64,000 nucleotides of DNA. Origin: Pelobacteraceae bacterium (lineage in GTDB: Bacteria > Desulfobacterota > Desulfuromonadia > Geobacterales > Pseudopelobacteraceae). The position numbers and the translations under genes were made by a program. Location: assembly GCA_041675485.1 (NCBI GenBank), contig JBAYTT010000001.1:8666-72665 (forward strand), written 5' to 3'. Of the stretch, positions 17,762 to 26,981 are shown piece after piece (within the stretch, counting starts at the first letter, position 1; each line of letters starts with the position of its first letter). The notes beneath the pieces are model-generated. The model was not told where the DNA came from. It saw nothing but the letters and a program-made list of their open reading frames with translations, and did not search any database.

Positions 17762-19141
17762 TCAGGATTCGGCATATTCTGCCAGCGGCAATGTAATTGT
17801 AAAGGCAACGCCCTGGCCGGTATTGTGAACCTCTATTGATCCGAAGTGATTGAGGATGATGCGATTCACAATAGCGAGTCCAAGACCGGTACCGTGATGT
17901 TTGGTTGTGAAAAAGGGATTGAATATTTGCGGCAGCATGTCCTTCGGAATACCCCCACCAGTATCCTCAACAGTTGCAACAACTGATTCCTTACCCTGCG
18001 TTGTTTTTTTCAGGGTCAGGGTAAGTTGCCCCCCTTCCGACATTGCATCGCAAGAGTTTAGTATCAGGTTGAGAAAAACCTGTTTCAGCTGATGCGCGTC
18101 ACCTGAAACGATCAAGTGGGGAACCTCGCTGGTAAACGATACCTTTATATTATGGTCCTCAAAAGCGGTGCTGCAGCTTGCCAGGCAATCCTGAATAATT
18201 TCCTCCAGATTGCAGGCGCTGAAGCAGATGGTCGGCTTGCGTGAAAACGCCAGGATTTCCGCCAGCATTTTCTCAAGCCGGCTGACTTCAGAGACAATGG
18301 TATCTGCATACCGGCGCTCAGGAGTCTCGGCAGGAAGTGATTTGAGCAACCTCCCTGCAAAACCTCCAATGGTGATCAGCGGGTTTTTCAGCTCATGGGC
18401 CAGGTTTGCAGCCATTTCGCCTATAGCCGCCATACGCTCGCCATGCAGCAGGCGTTCCCTGGCATCTCGCAGGTTTGAATGCGCGTCTTCGATGCGATTA
18501 TACAACATCGAATTTTCAATCGCCATGCCTGCCTGATTGGCAAAGAGCTGAAGAAAGTGCAGATTTTCGCTTGAAATTTCACGGGCAGAATCAGGATTGT
18601 CCACCACAATCATACCGATGGCCGCTTCACGTGCGACAAGCGGCGCAGCCGCAAAAGGGCCGCCACATAACGGTCTGACAAAGTGACACGTCGGACATTT
18701 TCGGCAGAGGGAGTCATCGGAATGACAAAGGGTGCGTTCTGAAATAATGTGATGCATGAGTGGACAGTCGCGGTCAATTTCAATGCGCGTAAGACGAACC
18801 TGCAAGCAAAATGCATCGGAGCGCTGCCGGGAAATTATTTCATCGCTAATATCCCAGCGGCTTCCGAGGGCATCCTGGCCGCCGATAATCTGCAGCCCTT
18901 CAGAAAGCTGGCGAGTTACAGCAAGCATGCCTTGGAGGACATTGGATTTTTCGTTACGCACAAACAGAATGGCACGTTCGAAGAGGTTGGATGATGGCGC
19001 GGTAATAGCGGTAAGAATGAGGTGCATCAGCTTGTTGAGGCGGATTGTGGAAAGCATTGTATTACTGAACTGATACAGAAGCGTCAGCTCTGAGAGACGG
19101 TTATCGGTTTCAGGATTTTGTTGAGAATCATGAATGTTCAT
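17762..19141 (-). CDS. cytoplasmic GAF-domain sensor histidine kinase
   Basis: H-box ANLAHELKNPLITI and G-box HGTGLGLAIVNRI; the N-terminal region is GAF-like and carries a Cys cluster CRKCPTCH...C. Confidence 0.9.
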   Translation of the reverse strand: MNIHDSQQNPETDNRLSELTLLYQFSNTMLSTIRLNKLMHLILTAITAPSSNLFERAILFVRNEKSNVLQGMLAVTRQLSEGLQIIGGQDALGSRWDISDEIISRQRSDAFCLQVRLTRIEIDRDCPLMHHIISERTLCHSDDSLCRKCPTCHFVRPLCGGPFAAAPLVAREAAIGMIVVDNPDSAREISSENLHFLQLFANQAGMAIENSMLYNRIEDAHSNLRDARERLLHGERMAAIGEMAANLAHELKNPLITIGGFAGRLLKSLPAETPERRYADTIVSEVSRLEKMLAEILAFSRKPTICFSACNLEEIIQDCLASCSTAFEDHNIKVSFTSEVPHLIVSGDAHQLKQVFLNLILNSCDAMSEGGQLTLTLKKTTQGKESVVATVEDTGGGIPKDMLPQIFNPFFTTKHHGTGLGLAIVNRIILNHFGSIEVHNTGQGVAFTITLPLAEYAES

Positions 19142-19179
19142 GTCTTATCCTGTGTGCCGTCAAACGTGAATAGTGGGAT

Positions 19180-19542
19180 TCAAATCTTGAGTTCCTTTTC
19201 CTCAGCAGCCATCTTGCAGTCGATACACTGGGTTGTTACCGGTCTCGCCTTAAGGCGGGCTTCACCAATTTCCTCCCCGCAATCGTCACATATACCGAAC
19301 TCTTTAGATTCTATGCGCTCGAGAGCATCTTTAATTTTATTGATCAACTTGCGTTCCCGGTCCCTTATGCGCAGCTCAAAGTTGCGGTCAGACTCCTGTG
19401 TCGCACGATCGGTCGGATCGGGAAAGTTTGAAGCGTCCGAAGTCATCTCCGTTACCGTCTTGCCCGCTTCACCAAGCAACGATTTCATTTCTTCATTAAG
19501 TATGTTTTTAAAATAATCAAGTTTTTCCTGTTCCATGGCCAA
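19180..19542 (-). CDS. dksA: DksA/TraR family C4 zinc-finger RNA polymerase-binding factor
   Basis: Coiled-coil N-terminus and CDDCGEEI...CIDCK zinc finger; 120 aa. Confidence 0.9.
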   Translation of the reverse strand: MAMEQEKLDYFKNILNEEMKSLLGEAGKTVTEMTSDASNFPDPTDRATQESDRNFELRIRDRERKLINKIKDALERIESKEFGICDDCGEEIGEARLKARPVTTQCIDCKMAAEEKELKI

Positions 19543-19711
19543 CTCCCTATTTCAAATAAACTGCGAGATTTTAGTGAGAACGGGGCAACAAGTCCAGAAA
19601 AAAAACGGGGTGAAACTCTGAAGACGCTGCTTCCTTTTACAAAACTATTACATTCGCTACATCGAAAGCCTTGCTATGATGAGAATCTGGACATCACTAT
19701 CAGGGGGAATT

Positions 19712-20785
19712 ATGGCACAACCACTAAAAATTGGAAAGCATACGGTTCGCTACCCACTTATTCAGGGCGGCATGGGTGTGCGGATATCTGCTGGCCGATT
19801 GGCCGGTCATGTAGCGAAATGTGGTGGTGTCGGACTTGTCGCCGCGGCCGGAATAGCCCTCAATAGCGGCCTTTATGATGGAAAGAACTTTTTCCAGGCT
19901 GAAACAGAGGCTTTCAAAGCCGAGTTGCGGAAGGCATATGAAATTGCTCCTGACGGCATTATCGGCGTCAACGTGATGGTCGCTCTCTCCGATTTCGAAC
20001 CGCTTGTCAAGGCCGCAATTGAAGGGGGCGCCAAAGTGATCGTCTGCGGAGCCGGACTCCCGATGGGTCTGCCGGAACTGACAGCCGATCATCCCGATGT
20101 TGCACTGGTTCCAATCGTCTCTTCACTTCGCGCAGCCCAGCTGATTGTCCGCAAATGGCGAAAAGCCTACCACCGCCTCCCTGACGCGGTTGTGGTCGAA
20201 GACCCGGATACGGCTGGCGGACATCTGGGTGAAAAGATGGAAAACATCGGCACCGGCGAGTATGACCAATATGCAACGGTCCGCGAGATCAAGGCATTTT
20301 TTCGCGATGAGTGCGGTGTCGCTGTACCGGTGATTGCCGCCGGTGGCGTATGGGATCGCTCCGATCTGGAATATGCCCTCGCCCAGGGAGCGGACGGAGT
20401 CCAGATGGCCAGCCGTTTCGTCTGCACCGAAGAATGTGATGCCAGCGATGAGTTCAAACAACGCTACCTTGAATGCACTCAAGAGGACATCGGCCTGATT
20501 ATGAGCCCTGCCGGACTTCCGGGGCGGGCAATTTTGAGTAACAAGGACAAGATACGTCAGTACGATCTTGACCACCATACCCCCTGCCGGATGGGATGCC
20601 TTAAAAAGTGTTCCTACAAGGAATCGGGCGAACGCTTTTGTATCGTTACCGCTCTTGATCGCGCCCAACGAGGTGACGTCGAGACCGGCCTGGTTTTCTG
20701 CGGGACTAACGCATGGAAAGCCAACCGGATCACGACCGTACAGGCCATCTTTGATGAACTTTTTGGTGATGAACCGGATAAATAG
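19712..20785 (+). CDS. NAD(P)H-dependent flavin oxidoreductase (nitronate monooxygenase / FabK-like family)
   Basis: IQGGMGVRISAGRLAGHVAKCGGVG...AGGVWD TIM-barrel FMN signature. Start set at MAQPLK (19712), which has a GGGGGA RBS. Confidence 0.85.
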   Translation: MAQPLKIGKHTVRYPLIQGGMGVRISAGRLAGHVAKCGGVGLVAAAGIALNSGLYDGKNFFQAETEAFKAELRKAYEIAPDGIIGVNVMVALSDFEPLVKAAIEGGAKVIVCGAGLPMGLPELTADHPDVALVPIVSSLRAAQLIVRKWRKAYHRLPDAVVVEDPDTAGGHLGEKMENIGTGEYDQYATVREIKAFFRDECGVAVPVIAAGGVWDRSDLEYALAQGADGVQMASRFVCTEECDASDEFKQRYLECTQEDIGLIMSPAGLPGRAILSNKDKIRQYDLDHHTPCRMGCLKKCSYKESGERFCIVTALDRAQRGDVETGLVFCGTNAWKANRITTVQAIFDELFGDEPDK

Positions 20786-20921
20786 GACATCATGGCATGG
20801 CAACACGGCACCGCGAGCAGAGAGATTTCGATCTGGTCATGTCATTTTATGCTTGACTTGTTAAATCCATGTATCTATATTCCATAACTCTTTAAAAAAC
20901 AGAAGCGGATGGAGATGACAT

Positions 20922-21230
20922 ATGTACGCAGTAATCAAAACAGGCGGGAAGCAATACAAGGTAACCGAGGGCGAATTTCTCAAGGTTGAAAAACTTGAGG
21001 GCGAAATCGGCGACAGCATAGAATTCGCAGAGATTCTTATGGTGGGTGGAGAAAAAACGGTTGTGGGCGCACCGCTCGTTGCCGGAGCTTCTGTAACGGC
21101 AAAAATTGCTGTGCAGGGCAAAGGCAAAAAGGTCCTCGTGTTTAAATCCAAGCGCCGTAAAGATTCTCGCAAACTGCGCGGTCATCGTCAGCACCTGACA
21201 GTCCTTAAGATTGAAAAGATTACGGCTTAA
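20922..21230 (+). CDS. rplU: 50S ribosomal protein L21
   Basis: [17 protein letters not shown]... Confidence 0.97.
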   Translation: MYAVIKTGGKQYKVTEGEFLKVEKLEGEIGDSIEFAEILMVGGEKTVVGAPLVAGASVTAKIAVQGKGKKVLVFKSKRRKDSRKLRGHRQHLTVLKIEKITA

Positions 21231-21268
21231 TCAAAACCGCATAAATATTTTTCCCAGGAGATACGGAA

Positions 21269-21523
21269 ATGGCACATAAGAAAGCTGGTGGTAGTTCAAG
21301 AAACGGCAGGGATTCAGGCGGACAGCGTCTTGGCTGTAAGAAGTTCGGCGGCGAAAGCGTCAAGGCCGGCAACATCATTTATCGCCAGCGCGGCACCCAG
21401 ATCCACCCCGGCAACAACGTCGGCTGCGGCAAGGATTACACATTGTTTGCCCTGATCGAAGGCGTGGTTGCATTCGAGCGCTTGGGCAAGGATCGTAAAA
21501 AGGTTTCGGTATACCCGAACTAA
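21269..21523 (+). CDS. rpmA: 50S ribosomal protein L27
   Basis: [16 protein letters not shown]... Confidence 0.97.
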   Translation: MAHKKAGGSSRNGRDSGGQRLGCKKFGGESVKAGNIIYRQRGTQIHPGNNVGCGKDYTLFALIEGVVAFERLGKDRKKVSVYPN

Positions 21524-21547
21524 ACGTTGTCTTTTGTAATCTGATGC

Positions 21548-21582
21548 AAAGGCCCGGAAGATCTTCTTTCGGGCCTTTTTTA
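21548..21582 (+). terminator. intrinsic terminator after rpmA
   Basis: AAAGGCCCGGAAG-loop-CTTTCGGGCCTTTTTT. Confidence 0.7.
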
Positions 21583-21628
21583 TTTGGCGCGGTGCGCCAT
21601 CACATTGAAGAGTTCAACGTTCAGATTA

Positions 21629-22351
21629 TTACGGTTCCGATACTGGCGAGTTCAGTGATTCATAACAGCCGCTTTCTTCACTCGCCGTCGTACAGGGCAT
21701 GTCGCCGACAGGCGTAACTATCGACTCGGCAAAAACCGGCAACATTCCGTTCATCTGCGCATCCAGTATCTCAAAGTGCAAATGCGGCCCGGTACTATGA
21801 CCTGTAGTGCCCACCAGTCCAATTTTTCCTGCCTGCCCTACATACTGCCCAAGCGCAACAGTAATTTCGTCCAGATGAGCATAGCGGGTCTTGCTTCCGT
21901 CAACATGGCGAATCACAACACAATTGCCGAATCGAGCGAGCATATTTGCCAGCACAACCGTACCCCGGGCTGATGCCAAGACCGGCAAACGATAATCGTT
22001 ATACCCCGTAAGATTCCAGTCAATTGCATTTGAGAGTTTACCCATGTGCGAGGTGCTTCCATTGATTCCTTGAGAAACCCCGCGGTGCTTCCCCGCCTCG
22101 AAGGGGAGATAATACTTTACTGAGCCAAGAGGAATGGCTATTTCAGGAAAAGACATCTGCGCTTCGTTTAGTAATACCTGCTGGTTTACCGCCATTACTT
22201 CTTCATCGGCTCTACTGATCTCCCTGTTCTTACTATCTGACAGTGCAGCCCTCCGATCATCGCTGCCATCCATAGTGCCATCGCTTCCGCAACCAATTAA
22301 TGCCGCCAGCATAATGCATGCGACCGCCGAATATATGCATACTCTGATCAT
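21629..22351 (-). CDS. M23 family metallopeptidase lipoprotein (peptidoglycan endopeptidase-like)
   Basis: Lipobox LIGC; HxxxD-type region; GHSTGPHLHFEI. Confidence 0.88.
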   Translation of the reverse strand: MIRVCIYSAVACIMLAALIGCGSDGTMDGSDDRRAALSDSKNREISRADEEVMAVNQQVLLNEAQMSFPEIAIPLGSVKYYLPFEAGKHRGVSQGINGSTSHMGKLSNAIDWNLTGYNDYRLPVLASARGTVVLANMLARFGNCVVIRHVDGSKTRYAHLDEITVALGQYVGQAGKIGLVGTTGHSTGPHLHFEILDAQMNGMLPVFAESIVTPVGDMPCTTASEESGCYESLNSPVSEP

Positions 22352-22390
22352 ATTAGTCCTACCGGCAGTACTTCAACCGTTTTGAAGTCA

Positions 22391-24577
22391 TCATGATTGA
22401 TTCACATTAAGGCGATAGATCCTGATGTGCGGTGCCCGATCGATCACCAGCTTGAAATATGGTTCGAACCGCGCAGGTTCGGAAATAAGCATTTGCACCA
22501 TAAGAGAATGGTATGATGCTTCATCCATCGGGTAAAAACTCCCATCCATACTGTTAGCTACTCCGAAATAGTCCTGTTTTCTAGCGGGCCAGGCATTTTG
22601 CTGCCTCTCCAACGTACCGTTTTGTTGTCCAACCATGTCCATAGCGGCCAACTCATACTGCCTGCCTCCATGAGATATGACCCCGTTTCGTATATCAACC
22701 CTCAAGTTCCCGCCAGCCGCGAAGGTCCCTTTTAACGATTCTCCCGTGACAACATTCCAGGAACCAAAGCTCCTTATCACCGGAACATAATTCAGGTTTC
22801 CCCACGTTACCACAAGGTACTGCTCGGGCACATCCCTGCTTGAAAACTGGAGTTTGCTATGAAACCCGTCCATAACATTCTGTACCTGCTTCGGATCTTG
22901 CTTGGTGAATAGCGCATTAAAAGGGTTTGCATACAGCGGGACAGTAACGTTCGACTTTACTTCATTACCGGTTTTTTTTTGCTGCTCAGCGGTAAAGAGC
23001 ATACACTGGTAGGCATAGAGCGGTGATGAGGTGTAATGGATCCGTGCAAGCGGCAATACGTATGACGCGGAATTTCTGCCACCGTCAGCGAATGTCCTCC
23101 GTTCGCTGAAGTACTGCGCGGCATACCCCCAATCCCACCATGTCCAGATCTGGGCATCTGCTGCGGAAATTTTTTTCAACTCTTTGAAAGAGTCGGCATA
23201 TTCCCTGGTAATGTGCCAATCCGTCAAATCGGTTGTACGCACCAGATCTCTTGTCGTCCAGAAGACGACAGCAGCCACAACTGCCTGAAAAATCCAGCGT
23301 ACATACATTTTTGTTCCTGAAGACCTCAGGATCAAGCCCAAGCCGAAACCCAGTCCGATTCCCATGGCAGCACCGCCGTACATGCCAAATCGAGCACCTA
23401 ACGTGCCGCACGACAGTCCAAGGACAAGAAGTGGTAAGAATACGAGTGCCGCAGGACGCTTCAACGTACAATAAATAAAGCCGATCATGCCGGCTGAAAG
23501 AAGCAGCCAACTGCCTGCGACTGACCGTATTACCGTTTCAATACCTGTTGTTTGGGCCTCTTCGACTGTTTTTATTACTGATGGCAGATTGAGTGGGCCT
23601 GATCCGGGAGCAAGTTTCCCGTAGTTCATTATTTTCATCCAGTTGTTCGAAAAACTGGCGAATGAATAACAGGAAAGGAAGAGTGCGATCGCGAGGAAAA
23701 CGCCTGCAAGCCGAACGTTCTTACTGGCGAGAAAGTCTGGCTTAATGAGTATTAGTACGGCTGCACATGCAGCAGACCAGAACCCTGCCGATGAACCGTT
23801 TCCCATAAGGAGAATAATAACCATGCATATAGAAAGATCACATCTGAGATCTTTTCGGGACTTGGCAATCCCGGCGAGCAGAGCGACGCCGATGATACTG
23901 AGCCCGATTATTTCGCCATTGGGATAAAACAACAGATATGATCTGAACAGCACCCCGACGGCAAAGGCCCCGACAAAAATTTGTCTTCTGACAGGGGTCC
24001 CACCCGTATCGGATGAATAAAAAAAGTACTCAAGCCAGACGAGCAAAGCCACGGCAATACTTACCGGGAAAAACAGGGTGAGCACGTCCGTATCCAGCCA
24101 GCCGGAAAGGGTGCGGGAGAGAAATCCGAAGGAAGCGCCTGTCATGAGAGCGGCTGGCAGTGCCGCTTCAGGCATGCGCCACCATGCTGCAAGAAGGAAA
24201 ACCGGAACTATGACAAGAGGAGCCAGGACAAGTGGTAAATAAAATCCAACCACGCCGATATCAATGCCGGTGAGTACATTTCCGATACGAAGAATTTCAG
24301 GAAGTAATTTGCCGCTGAATTGGTTGATTTTCTTAGCCGCTGCAAGCCATGCATAACTATCAGAGTTCTGCATCAGGGGCACGCCGTTGAATTCATATCC
24401 AGCCAAACGGCTTGGCCCATCCATAAGCCGGAGCAGGTCACAGAGGAAATAAACCAGGAAAAAAAGCAACAGCCACTGCCAAGGTTTTACTGCTCTACCA
24501 GTTGAATGTTCAGGGTGATCGGAAATTGACGGCGAGCCGGCAGCCGGCTCCGCTTTGCACTGCTTTTTTTTCGCCAT
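22391..24577 (-). CDS. STT3/PglB-like oligosaccharyltransferase (13-TM-type N-domain + periplasmic domain)
   Basis: WWDWGY at 23123-23140 (the family motif is WWDYG), an N-terminal loop NSDSYAW resembling the PglB acidic loop, KTVEEA resembling the TIxE motif, and 728 aa with many TM helices. Confidence 0.8.
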   Translation of the reverse strand: MAKKKQCKAEPAAGSPSISDHPEHSTGRAVKPWQWLLLFFLVYFLCDLLRLMDGPSRLAGYEFNGVPLMQNSDSYAWLAAAKKINQFSGKLLPEILRIGNVLTGIDIGVVGFYLPLVLAPLVIVPVFLLAAWWRMPEAALPAALMTGASFGFLSRTLSGWLDTDVLTLFFPVSIAVALLVWLEYFFYSSDTGGTPVRRQIFVGAFAVGVLFRSYLLFYPNGEIIGLSIIGVALLAGIAKSRKDLRCDLSICMVIILLMGNGSSAGFWSAACAAVLILIKPDFLASKNVRLAGVFLAIALFLSCYSFASFSNNWMKIMNYGKLAPGSGPLNLPSVIKTVEEAQTTGIETVIRSVAGSWLLLSAGMIGFIYCTLKRPAALVFLPLLVLGLSCGTLGARFGMYGGAAMGIGLGFGLGLILRSSGTKMYVRWIFQAVVAAVVFWTTRDLVRTTDLTDWHITREYADSFKELKKISAADAQIWTWWDWGYAAQYFSERRTFADGGRNSASYVLPLARIHYTSSPLYAYQCMLFTAEQQKKTGNEVKSNVTVPLYANPFNALFTKQDPKQVQNVMDGFHSKLQFSSRDVPEQYLVVTWGNLNYVPVIRSFGSWNVVTGESLKGTFAAGGNLRVDIRNGVISHGGRQYELAAMDMVGQQNGTLERQQNAWPARKQDYFGVANSMDGSFYPMDEASYHSLMVQMLISEPARFEPYFKLVIDRAPHIRIYRLNVNQS

Positions 24578-24671
24578 GGTTGCCCCAAAGAGTTATTCCG
24601 CAATTTGTTTCATATACATGTGCATCTTTATTGACTTTTGCGCTACTGCCGTCAAGGGCTAACCACTTATT

Positions 24672-24700
24672 AAAAAAGGTCTCGATTGATTCGAGACCTT
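24672..24700 (-). terminator. intrinsic terminator downstream of 24725-25102
   Basis: On the minus strand: AAGGTCTCGAATCAATCGAGACCTT followed by TTTTT. Confidence 0.6.
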
Positions 24701-24724
24701 TCGTTTTGATTTATGAATTGAATC

Positions 24725-25102
24725 CTAGCTTACTAAGGCACCAAGCGAAGGGAACGGAAGACCTAGGTTGCCTGACCCGCCTGACCAGACCGGCTCGCAA
24801 AAGCATAAAATATCATAAACCTCATATCCCTGATAGCACGAACTATTTCCAGTAGTCATCCCATAGGAATTTATGGTTAAGATCAAATGGGATTGCCCAT
24901 TACATTGTTGCGAACATCGATCTTTCCATGCCGCGCGTTCAATCCCCCGCGTTACCTCAGGACTATTCGGATATTTAGGGGAACAACGTTGGACCGCCAC
25001 CGAGGACGATGTACTAAACACAAGATCTGCAGCTGATGCACTCGACATGGAAATAATGCCTAAAGCAATAAAAACACAAGAAATCAATGATACTTTTTTC
25101 AT
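24725..25102 (-). CDS. small secreted Cys-rich protein (hypothetical)
   Basis: Signal peptide MKKVSLISCVFIALGIISMSSASA and 7 Cys in the mature part; AT-rich locus with its own terminator. Confidence 0.55.
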   Translation of the reverse strand: MKKVSLISCVFIALGIISMSSASAADLVFSTSSSVAVQRCSPKYPNSPEVTRGIERAAWKDRCSQQCNGQSHLILTINSYGMTTGNSSCYQGYEVYDILCFCEPVWSGGSGNLGLPFPSLGALVS

Positions 25103-25309
25103 AACGCCTCCAAAGGTAGAATATTTTAATTGGAGCTACAATACAAAAATATATTAATTCTGTCAACACTATTTCGGGGTATTTATAAGCGGTAAACGGG
25201 AAAAGTACGTTCTGTCTTTTATACAAAAATAACGCAGAAAATAACTTCTAACATAATTAAGAAGGGGCGGCTCATTGGCCACCCCTTCTTTTACTGCACT
25301 ACCTGACTT

Positions 25310-26902
25310 CTATTTGCGCGGCAGATTTGAGAAGAGCAAATAATCCTCGAATCCGGAGCCCGCTGGCTTTGGAAGAGTGCCCGTTGAAATCATGGATATG
25401 GTGTTCACCGGGGTGATGGTTTGACCGCTTGCTGTCACGTCCATGGTAAAGACGGACCAAACAGCGCCGTCTCCCAAGGCGCTGGCTGGCGGGTTAAAGG
25501 CTGCCAACTGGGCATTTCCCTTGTAGACCACAACCTGTGCACCGGATGCGGAAATTGTTGAAGTGCCGTAAAAATGATGCACATAGAACCGGTACGTACC
25601 GGTTTTTGGCACAACGATTGTAGTAGTCTCCGGCCCGTTATCGGAACCGTGAATAGTGTTGTCAACATCCAGAACGGCCTCTGTTAAAGCACCTGCGGTG
25701 TAGTAACTGAAGCTGTTATTCCCGATAGTAATAGTTGAAGAGGTCGCAGATCCACTTGGGTAATCATGCTCATAATAGGCGGTATGGAAGCGGGTGCCCG
25801 TGGTGGCGTTTGCGCCAGTTGCGGTCGCGGGCCCGGTCAGATGGCTATCCAGATCGCTCGGATTATCGCCCCAACTCAATACGATTCTGTACTGGCCCGG
25901 ACCGGCACTGGAGAGAGGAACCGTTACGGAGAAATCCTGGTTAGTATTGAGTGTGGTGCCGGGGAAGCTGACCAGTGTAAAATAAGACGTAATGATCGGA
26001 GTCGTACCGATATTGCCCGTTACTTCGGCAGTGTACGTGCCTGCCGCAAGAGCGGCAAAGGAGTATGCACCGGTTGAATCAGTTGTTGCGGTGGCCAGCA
26101 CCGGGCCGGTCTGGTCGGTCTGGCTGCCAACTCCCGAGCGGATTTTTACCGTCATATTCGGAAGGCCAACGTTCGTGGAGGCATTTTTGACCTTGCCGCT
26201 CGCCGTTGTAGTCTGGCCGGCCATGGTTGACGGGATTACCCTGGCTGTCGCCAGCGTAAGGTTATTGGTTGCGTCAGGGTTGATGTTGTAGTAGGTGAAC
26301 GTCGCGAACCCGGTTGCAGTTATTTCAAAATAATACGTCACTCCAGCCGTCAGGCCTGTAACGGTGTACGTGCCATCGGCATTGGTAATAACTGTCACAA
26401 CAGGAGCCGCAACGGTTTTAGCAACAAGGCTGCTCAGCTGAACAAAGGCTGAAACCGTAGCGCCACCGAGCGGGGCTCCGCTCACCGGGTTTGTCACCAC
26501 CCCGTTTACCTGCCGTGCGGGAACCCCGGTAAGCGTCACTGCTGCGGACCTGCTTAATGAAACGTTACCGGCGGCGTCCTTGACCCAGGCGTAGGCTATC
26601 TGAGGACCTTCTGCCGTAAAGGTGAAGCTGGTCGGCGCGGTTGTTGTCCAGCCGGCGGAGGCAGCCGGTGCAGTAGAACTTGATGTAATCAAGTACCCGG
26701 TGACTCCGGTATTATCGGTTGCAGTGAACGCTGTGACCTGCACTGTCAGTCCCGTTGCCGGGGCCGTCACGCTAAAAGCGGTTACGGATGGCGCAGATGT
26801 GTCACTACTTCCGGAACTGCTGTCGCTGCTACCCCCTCCACCGCAGGCAAAGAGAATTGACATGATCGACAAGATGGCCAAGAAAGATAAATAGCGTTTC
26901 AT
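25310..26902 (-). CDS. secreted lipoprotein with Ig-like and carboxypeptidase-regulatory-like repeats
   Basis: Lipobox LFACGG; repeats such as TNADGTYTVTGLTAGVTYYFEITATGF and TDSTGAYSFAALAAGTYTAEVTG; a C-terminal beta-rich domain (YRIVLSWGDNPSDLDSHL). Confidence 0.75.
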   Translation of the reverse strand: MKRYLSFLAILSIMSILFACGGGGSSDSSSGSSDTSAPSVTAFSVTAPATGLTVQVTAFTATDNTGVTGYLITSSSTAPAASAGWTTTAPTSFTFTAEGPQIAYAWVKDAAGNVSLSRSAAVTLTGVPARQVNGVVTNPVSGAPLGGATVSAFVQLSSLVAKTVAAPVVTVITNADGTYTVTGLTAGVTYYFEITATGFATFTYYNINPDATNNLTLATARVIPSTMAGQTTTASGKVKNASTNVGLPNMTVKIRSGVGSQTDQTGPVLATATTDSTGAYSFAALAAGTYTAEVTGNIGTTPIITSYFTLVSFPGTTLNTNQDFSVTVPLSSAGPGQYRIVLSWGDNPSDLDSHLTGPATATGANATTGTRFHTAYYEHDYPSGSATSSTITIGNNSFSYYTAGALTEAVLDVDNTIHGSDNGPETTTIVVPKTGTYRFYVHHFYGTSTISASGAQVVVYKGNAQLAAFNPPASALGDGAVWSVFTMDVTASGQTITPVNTISMISTGTLPKPAGSGFEDYLLFSNLPRK

Positions 26903-26981
26903 ACACATACCTCCCCTTTAGTTTTTTGCGCAGTGCGCAAATGTGCAGGTCACAGGACGACGGGATGCCATCCTGTGTCAA

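Noticed and set aside
18683-18706. CRKCPTCH in the GAF histidine kinase contains a CXXCH motif, which could suggest a c-type haem sensor.
   Set aside because: The protein has no signal peptide or TM helix, so it is cytoplasmic and covalent haem attachment is unlikely. A metal or redox-active Cys cluster is more plausible. That is only a guess, so it is not reported as a finding.
21523-21629. Absence of obgE after rplU-rpmA.
   Set aside because: This is only a synteny variation. A clear terminator follows rpmA, and nothing in the sequence suggests a deletion or insertion scar.
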